64,000 bases of DNA from the NCBI GenBank assembly GCA_002633005.1, contig NMRA01000164.1:724897-788896 (forward strand), in the 5' to 3' direction. The notes under the pieces were generated by a model. The model was not told the origin of the DNA. It saw only the letters and a program-made list of their open reading frames with translations, and made no database searches. The stretch comes from Phoronis australis. Taxonomy: Eukaryota; Animalia; Phoronida. Position numbers and translations under genes: made by a program. Within the stretch, counting starts at the first letter, position 1. Each line of letters starts with the position of its first letter. Below, one piece after another: positions 27,601 through 37,200 of this stretch.

Positions 27601-30600
27601 NNNNNNNNNNNNNNNNNNNNNNNNNNNNNNNNNNNNNNNNNNNNNNNNNNNNNNNNNNNNNNNNNNNNNNNNNNNNNNNNNNNNNNNNNNNNNNNNNNNN
27701 NNNNNNNNNNNNNNNNNNNNNNNNNNNNNNNNNNNNNNNNNNNNNNNNNNNNNNNNNNNNNNNNNNNNNNNNNNNNNNNNNNNNNNNNNNNNNNNNNNNN
27801 NNNNNNNNNNNNNNNNNNNNNNNNNNNNNNNNNNNNNNNNNNNNNNNNNNNNNNNNNNNNNNNNNNNNNNNNNNNNNNNNNNNNNNNNNNNNNNNNNNNN
27901 NNNNNNNNNNNNNNNNNNNNNNNNNNNNNNNNNNNNNNNNNNNNNNNNNNNNNNNNNNNNNNNNNNNNNNNNNNNNNNNNNNNNNNNNNNNNNNNNNNNN
28001 NNNNNNNNNNNNNNNNNNNNNNNNNNNNNNNNNNNNNNNNNNNNNNNNNNNNNNNNNNNNNNNNNNNNNNNNNNNNNNNNNNNNNNNNNNNNNNNNNNNN
28101 NNNNNNNNNNNNNNNNNNNNNNNNAAGGGGGCAAAACCCGCCATATTGCTCTTGTTTTGCCCCGAGTCTTTGCTACACACGCTAAAACTTACTGGAGTTC
28201 TTATGGTGAATTTTACGCTTAAAACGTTAAAACAACTTAAGATATGGTAGATGGGTCGTGGAATAACTGTGAATAGACGAAGAAAATGTGACCTTGTTAT
28301 GTTGTGCGAAGCTGTGAACGGACTGAAATTGGAACTTAACCCGCTCTAGGCCTGAATGGCGCAGGCATACAGGGGCGATAGTGTATCCCCATAAAAAGAT
28401 ATTCACTTCAAAATACAGCAAATAAAATCAAATGAAACATGCATATGTGCACATGAAGTTATAATTAACACATACCCTGACTCTGGACACAATTTAGTCT
28501 ACAAATAACTTGAGCATATTCATGAAAACCTCGCGGTTCTCTCGAGTTTCTCTCACTAAAGAGCCGCCATTTTGAGGAAGTTACGTGAAATCACGCCTGT
28601 TGACGAACAAAAAGTCCAAGGGACACAAATCTTACAAATTTCACTTGATATTTTCTCATGCTATTTTGCAAGTGTCACGCGCCAGGTCACGCGCCAGATC
28701 TCGCGCTTCGCTCAGTCTCGCGCTAGCCTTTGCCTCATACTCACCTGACTCAGTTGAACTACTTGATTGTGGTAATCGCGCGCGCGGACAAAGTTAACAG
28801 TAACCACAAAGTGGAGTTGGAATTCTTCGCCTAAGTCACCTGAATTCCCGTATATATGCTTCATCGAAGATATGCTTAGAAGCAGAAAGAGTCACTGAAG
28901 AAAGTAAGAGCCTTTTAGGTGCTAATTTTAGGTGTAAAATGTATTTTCGACGAGGTGAAAACTTTACCACTGAGCGGATTTCGCCTACCGCCCGTTTAAA
29001 ATACACGGGACGAAATTAGTACAGAACGCGATAGAACTTATTGTAGTGCGAATCTGAAGTTCATTTGCCATAACAGCAATGCTTTTGGACATTTTCGAAC
29101 TAAACGGCTAAAAACTCGAAGACAATAACATAATACACTCTGCTACCGTATTGGGCAAATGACCAAACGACAAGCTTTTGCCCCACTTCCCGTGACGTCA
29201 CAGTTAAGTCTCACATAATCTCGCGTTATTGTTATAAACTCGCAAAAGGCCTATTGCGATCTCGGAAATGCGCATGTAGGCATTGCCTGTGACTTGAGTT
29301 GGTAACGGAAATGGAATCCTATCGCGATAATTCACGAGACCGGTTTTATGAGAATAGAGTAGCCAGCTACACAGAATGAAATGCAGCATTATATGAAGTC
29401 CTATCAATCCCTTTGAGTTTTGTCGTACCGTGGATAGTTACTAGTGAGTACATAAAAATGTCTATTACGCGACATTTGCCGCAGTAGTGCACCGACATTT
29501 CTCAATTTTTATTTATATGTTCCCAGTATTTCTTAACTAGAAAGTACCCTTACCGACATACGTTTTGATGGCAAGTATACTTACGGCAAAAGTGTTGCTC
29601 TCACTGGCACTGAAGAGAAGCTAAGATATACAAAAAAAAACACAAAGCCTCGCAGTGCAGAGAATGGAAGCTATTAAATATCTCGTCTTTGCATTGACCA
29701 GCCGTCTCATGAACTTTTGATAATCTTTAACAAGAAATTTAATCTCGACCTTTTGCTGCAGAAGGCTTGTATTTGTAGACTAGCAAAAGTATTCGCAATC
29801 AAATTTACTTGCGCAGCGGAGTACATGCTATCTATCGAAAAAAGAACCCTGCTGCTTCATGAACGTGAAAGATGTAGTAATTTCTCTGAAGTGCTCAAGT
29901 ATGCCACGTTTTGTCTAATTGCTTGCGTTGATGCGGTAGATCTTAAGTGCAAAACGCGACAATAGTATATTTCGTATAACAGAAATTGCAGATTGTTCTA
30001 AAAACCCCTCGACCTCCTCGACCCACGACCCCCTCGACTTACAACCTATAACCCCTTCGACCCAGTCTACACAGGCTCGACTCGATCTGAACATAGAACA
30101 AGCGCTGACTTGCAGGACCAATGAGTTGGGCCGTGAGCTCGACTGGATTTTCCCTGTTTTTTCAATTAAGAGAGTCGATTAGGCAAGTTTGAAAGCCAAA
30201 AACAGGAAAAAACAGCGCGATCAAATCAAATGAAAGATCTACCAAGACTACAAATGTTCCGGCCAAAGTGTAATCGTCTCGTGTGCTCTTCAGTGAATGG
30301 CAGATTCAACCTTTTTTGAGGAGAGTGCAAGGAACCGACAAAACTGTAATTTCATCAGTAAATACAGTTTGAAAAAATAAACTAACCAAAAAGTATTTCA
30401 ACACTATGTGGAGTATATTGTAAACGAGTGTACAACAGAAAGCAAATAACAAAGATGTGAAATTATGTAAATTCATATTAACGTACTCTCTCCCTATGTT
30501 TAGTAGAACTGGGCCATTGGTAGGCGCCCGTGGAACTATTTCCGTGAGAACGATAGTGCGCTCACATTGCGCTATTTCAGGTCACGTTCTCATACCACTT

Positions 30601-31230
30601 TCTGTTTTTAATCACCAGACTTGAGCCAGAGCAGACTCGTGTGTAGGTATGTCTTATGGGAAAGTCGCCCAGCTACGTAACAAGATTAAGAACTGTAAAA
30701 AGAGCAAAAAATACCTCTATTGCCACAGGTCGTAGGTAGATGGGGTCGTGGGGGTTTTACAACAATCCAGAAATTTCTGCAAACAGTTCATTTCGAGCCA
30801 TTATCGAAATAAGTGTCTGGAGTTACAAAAACACTGGCTTCTACCGATTTTAGTTCGTAATGACGAGCACTCTTTTGCTCACAGTTTAACAGCTTCTCGA
30901 TATTCGTCGCAAAAACGGAGGGAAAAGGGATGCATGAACAAGTAGTCTGCGGTCGCACACATCTGCCAGGGTAGAGAAATCTAAACAAATTGTCGCGAAA
31001 ATGTGAGGGAAGGTGTGGTGATTCGAAAAGTATTCTTGTATTGGACCGCATTGAACGAAATTACCATTGACAGGATTGTTATGAACAAATGAGTTATATA
31101 TGTTGAGAGCGATGTGTCTCCGCTGAAGCCATGTTTTGTTCAGTGGCACTTGCTTATGTGCTTACACATGGATATGCACACGGGCGTCCGCGAGAGACCA
31201 CACACACATACGCACGGACACGCACACAAA

Positions 31231-31298
<68 letters not shown>

Positions 31299-34200
31299 CA
31301 TTTCATAATACTTACAGGCGAATGCTCGTCCATCGAGAGTGTAAGGTATGGTGGCATTTGGCCAGAGCTTAGTGGCTTTCTTTGTCGCCTTCCTTTTGGA
31401 CCTTCGGCCTCTGAAAAGCACGCCTAAAAGTCATAATTGTTGTAAATGATGGTTTTGTAATTTGTCCATCATGAGGTCAACTGATGTCGTCCCAATCACC
31501 TAGCATATTTGACTTATAACCTATACTTTTAAAGAAGTGCAATTAGATTGAGTTTTATACAAGACGTGAATAAAGCAAATTTCCCAGAATCATTGCTTCG
31601 AAACAACTGATCTCTAGAACGACCCGTGTTTTAACTGTACTAATTTTCCAAAGGTCACGTAGATGGTCTACTTTCAACTTCTGATTGCACATCCAAGGCT
31701 GTCGTTTTTATGTTGCGTGGTATCAGTAGACCGGTCGTCTAACAGAATAACGAGTCAATTCATATACCTAATTTTACCTAGCTGTTCTCAGTCATCAAGT
31801 TCCACCTGAAAAAGGGGCCAGCCTTGTTGGAAAGATCATAGCCTCTCCCCACAATACGAGTCATACAGAACCGCATGACAACTAAGGCATGGGTTGAGTA
31901 GCAGCCCAGGTTGAGTGACGATTTGTCCCCACAAGAGCTTTGCGAGTATCTTGAGTCTATGGAATATTGTCGCACTCGACACATATTGTCTCCCGGGCTA
32001 CAAACTTCTCAAATTTGGAAACTCTTATTTGAAAGGTACTCTTTGTCCATTTTTCCTGTCACTGGCCAACCTTTAATTCTCTTTTTGTCGACCGCATACA
32101 TTGTCGACCGGGTAACATCATGTGTTAAAGGAGCATGCCACCCAAAAACAAATTAATTTGTATCAATTTAGATCGAGTAGTTCTACTCCATAACGACACG
32201 TACGGTTGCGTTACCTGACACCTGACGGCAGACGAAGGTGTTGAAATTATCCAATGACGTCATCGGTTTCACACGCAGTCTGTTCAGCAGTTCACAACAC
32301 GGGTTCCTGGTGTCAGCTTATCGCTTGAAGTCATCGTTTAACACCAATAAATCATCAAACTTCGATGTAAAACCNNNNNNNNNNNNNNNNNNNNNNNNNN
32401 NNNNNNNNNNNNNNNNNNNNNNNNNNNNNNNNNNNNNNNNNNNNNNNNNNNNNNNNNNNNNNNNNNNNNNNNNNNNNNNNNNNNNNNNNNNNNNNNNNNN
32501 NNNNNNNNNNNNNNNNNNNNNNNNNNNNNNNNNNNNNNNNNNNNNNNNNNNNNNNNNNNNNNNNNNNNNNNNNNNNNNNNNNNNNNNNNNNNNNNNNNNN
32601 NNNNNNNNNNNNNNNNNNNNNNNNNNNNNNNNNNNNNNNNNNNNNNNNNNNNNNNNNNNNNNNNNNNNNNNNNNNNNNNNNNNNNNNNNNNNNNNNNNNN
32701 NNNNNNNNNNNNNNNNNNNNNNNNNNNCCGTCAATTAGTTTTATTGCACCCAAAGCCGGTAACGCAGTGATTTATTCATTGCTGGCTTCTCAAATCATTT
32801 GCACTCACGAACATTCCAAAGGCATTACAAACTGCATTTAGTGAGACAGACTTTGTTTCAGTTTTATATAAGTATTGGTTAGGGTGAGAATAATTCATTT
32901 TGAAACAGAACGCTCAGTAATAAATACACTGTAGCAACATGGCAACTCGCAATCCCGACTTAGGAAAAGCTAGAGGTCATCAGTCCCGACTTTGCTGGTG
33001 GATCGTTAAGCTTTACAGGCTATCAATTCGAACAGGGATACAGTGATGAAGAAATACTAGAGAGGCGCCGTGAACAAGCTCAGACAACGGAACGTATGGA
33101 GTTGTTTGGTAAGCCGGCATTCAACGTGAGGCACTGCCGACGCCGTCTGCAGGCCACAGACACGGAGATGTTTTACGGCCTCATACTTGATATTTACAGC
33201 TTACATTTCATTCTTCACTACCATGAGCCACTCGGACTCTCGAGGAAGTAAAAAAAACGATATACTCGCTTTCCTCGCAGCTGCTTAGTTCGGACAAGCG
33301 GGAACGATGCACCGCAACATAGTGGCATTCACTCTGCATATGAACCACTGACGTCGCTAGCGTCGTTTCTTACCTTCCTCACAGGTTAACGCGACACCTC
33401 TTGGCAAGGTAAGCTCGACCGTGTGCGAGGCGATGTAGATATAGACCGATTAAGACGGCAAAAAAGACTAATTAAATCGGGTGGCATTCTCTCTTAAGTG
33501 CAACAGCATGTGTCCCAACAAACGCGGCCCAAGAAGACTCTCCTAGTGACCAGGTGATGAAAATGGAGCCGGATTTCGCACAATTCGTCAGTATAGGCAT
33601 GCGAGCACTCGAGTAAATAGCAAATTGTCAGTATATAATCTTATGCTCCGTACTGACATTGCTATTTTATCGTGGCATGTCATCCAGCATCTAACGACAG
33701 AACAAATGTCAACTCACGAAAATTCCGTAGAAACATAGAGCGCATGGTACTGTTCAGAAGTCAGCGTCATGTCCAATTCTGTCGTAATTAAGTCAGCATC
33801 GTTGCTCATTTCTGCATTTCCACTGGAACCGGTTTGTATTTGTTCGACTGAAACAAATAAAGCGGAATCGCACGTTTCATCTTAGATCATGTACTATATA
33901 GACTAAGTCTATGATTTCATGGAATAAAAATAATTTTTTTTAGCTGAATATGTCATCTCTGGCGGTGAACAGGTGAGCTGGGGTGTCCATAGACTGATTT
34001 CCAGGAAACAAGCACCACAAATGTAACAGGAAACAACAGCAAACAGTCGCTTCTTGCAACTGGAGTAATTCAAAACTTCGAGAGAACTTATTCACCAAAC
34101 GAAACGTCAAAAAGCAAGTAGTAACAAAGGCTACGAAATAATTAAGTCTGGTGAAACTGGAAATTCAGTTACAGAGTCAAAATATATGATCTTTTAAAGA

Positions 34201-37200
34201 ATTATTAGTTTCCAGCTGCAATGTGTGATAAATTTTCGTTATCCAAAATTAAGGCGTCATTCCCTGGTATACGGAGCACTTGAGGGCTCATGCGCCTACA
34301 TGTACTTGACTGCAAGGTTCCCTACATTTTGGGACAGACTGCTCAGATATTAAGAGAAATGAAACACTCCCAACCGACAATAAAACAACAACTTGCGCAA
34401 AGCATTGTGTAATCCATCCTCGATGAGGTTCTCAATGGTGGTATCTTTTATCTTTGCCTCTTCTGCACGCAGCACCTGCTGGAGCTCTGCGGATCTATTG
34501 TACCACATTCCTCGATTTCTGGTCACCTAAACATGTACACAATATACGCAATTTCGACATTGGCACGTTTTACCGTTATATTGAAACCTTCGTCTCTATA
34601 CTTATGACGAAAGTGGTCTTTGGACATCCAGTTCTTAGCTAGGCCCGTTGCGTAATTTCCGTGGCCGCTAATTTGAAATTCAAGACGTTGTTATTTCCCG
34701 GCAATAGAAACTTTTTGTCAAAGTATTAGTTCCAGGTGACCAGATCCTATGAAATAATACAAATAACTCAGAAACAAGATAGTTGTACGTTGGTTTCTTT
34801 ATAATTGTGCTACATCGTATTTTAATGAATGACAGACAGTAAAACATAACAAAAACAAGGAAATGGCACGTCAAATGTGATGAAGATTAAAACTATACAA
34901 AAAGAGAGAAAGATATAGGAAAAGGAGAAAACAGGGTCACTGGTTATAATACAAACTGAAGAACAGAAAATGGCAAGATACAGACATGTCCTGACAAATT
35001 TAAAGGTGCTTAAAACCACCATTTACCTTTGTTTTGACAAGTGGCTCCATTGTCAGGATCATTAATACCTTCTTAATAACACGGCATGTCACAATCGTGA
35101 ATCCAATATCAAAAAATAAGAACATAGAAGAAAAGAGACTTCAATTGAATACTTCCAAGCACCACGGACATGAGCGTATCCAATGCCAGTCATATCCGCC
35201 AGCACTCAAATTTCTTGTACAGACATGTGCCAAGTCCGCGTTTCTCTGTTGTCTCGCGGGAAAGTGAAAACTATCACGGCTTGGACAAAGACTAAGTTGT
35301 CGAAACTTTCCAGTGGCGGATCTACGGGGGGGGTTCAGGCCAGGACCCAAAAATTAAAAAAAACCAAAAGCGTCTCCAGCAAAACAAAAACGGCACCGCC
35401 AGCGTGTGTAAACCCCAAGTAAACCAACTTGGAAAAAATTGAGGGGGGGTTCACTCTGAAAATATAGTTTTTTGCATTGTGAATTGTTGAGTCTTTGTGG
35501 CTCATCGGCAAAACGCGCGGGGATTTATTGTGCGCGCGCTTCCGTCGACACTTCTGAAGTAGCCAAGCATTTTAGATGGATTCACCGCTGAAAGAGCAGT
35601 TCTATAGCTGATTTCTTTAGGTAACTAGCTTCTTTACTCTAAGATATATTTTGATTTGATTAGGGGAAATACTGCGGTGCCGCAACCCTGATATTCAGGC
35701 GAATTGACGTGCAACGTTTTTACCTCATCTGTCATGCCGTGTCATTCTATTACACTCCACACGTTTGTAACTGATGTATAGTAAAGTTGTCTTGGGCAAT
35801 ATCATACAGTGTACATGTACATGTAATATTGTGTACATGTACATGTAATATTTTTGAAAAAAATCTTTTTCCGAAGAATTGCTTTTGTGGCGGGCGCCGT
35901 GGTCTGGTCGCGAGTCCGTTTGAAGACACACTCTATAACAAGTTATGTCTATACAAGGAATGACCAAGGGGGCACTCACATTGAGAAAGTGACCGCATTC
36001 GCGAAAAGTGTACAGTATCAGAAATTGCGGGGAGGCTGTTCTTTCACAACAAAGTCTTGCGGGACTCGTGCGATGTTCAATAGGCCTCCTAGGGAGCCCT
36101 AGTTCCGACCTCAACACATACCGTCTGTCTACCTGCAATAAGTACACTGCCGTCTTCTATACTGGGAATTTACGCAGAAAGGCTCACCCGATGAAACGCT
36201 CATGCCCATGGGCATTTATTTGATATTAGTATTTAGGGTTTCAAGCGTTCAGACATTGGGACGTTTATTTTGAAAATTGCAAGAGATGCAAATAGGTCCT
36301 GGGATGCTTCGTCAAGGTTTGAAGTAGTCCATGATGAACGGATCAAATTTAGTTGCGCATGTAAGTCTTTTGAATGGACTTGGCAACCTCAAAGGTCTTA
36401 GTGTCAACTGAGCTGCGAAACGAGATGCTGACATTGTAGAGGCTTACAAGCTCATTGACACAGCAGTTGGCAAAGTGCAAGCGTTGGGAACAAACATCGA
36501 AGATATCTGGGTAAAATGGTTCCTAGACGAGCAAATCATTGGATCCGATATACAAATTCCTCGGCAGTCTAGACAACAGAAGGATAGGACTAACGTATGA
36601 GTAACCACTGGGGATTCAAATTTTAGAGAGAAGTTTTCAATTCAAAATTTTTTGCATAGTACACTTTAGGTCTCGCGACGGACCAGGCCAGCTTGATTTG
36701 TGTAGATGTTGAGTTTCAGTGTACTTGTGGTCCCTCGGCGAACTAGTCTTGTGATTTTTTTACCAAAGTGTACTTTGTAAAACTCAGCCAGTACTGTTTG
36801 GTCCCGCGATAGATCGACTATTTTTATAGGGATAATAAGCACATGTGCTTGGTCTCGTGACGGACCAGGTCAGCTTTTTGTGCACTCTCAGTGTACATCT
36901 GGTCCCTCTGCAAACTAGTCCAGTGTATCTTTTCACCACTGTGCACAGGATGTTTTGGTTTCGTGAAACTGTTTTCAGATGATTTGTTTCCTGATAGATT
37001 TGACGTTTTTCAATTGTTGTCAACGTGATTCAGCTTAATAAAGTGATACCTAATTATGTATTGTCGCTTTTAATAATAGACTATGAGTTGAGAGCACCAT
37101 CGTTCGCCAGTTTTTCTAGTAACGAGACAGAACACATGTTTATTTCCGGACTAACAGTACAGGTCTTCGTTCTTAAACAACTTGAGGCTGCTGTTACGCG

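Noticed and set aside
26966-28250. Long 335-421 aa ORFs (also 32238-32753)
   Set aside because: Artefacts of translating across N gaps.
28464-29600. Possible piggyBac-like element starting TTAACACATACCCTG
   Set aside because: No convincing matching right terminus with TTAA.
31114-31427. His/Thr- and Cys/Val-repeat ORFs
   Set aside because: Translations of the (CA)n microsatellite; only 31316-31410 is a real exon.
34822-35022. Hydrophobic 66-aa ORF resembling a membrane peptide
   Set aside because: T-rich intronic sequence with no consistent splice sites or motifs.
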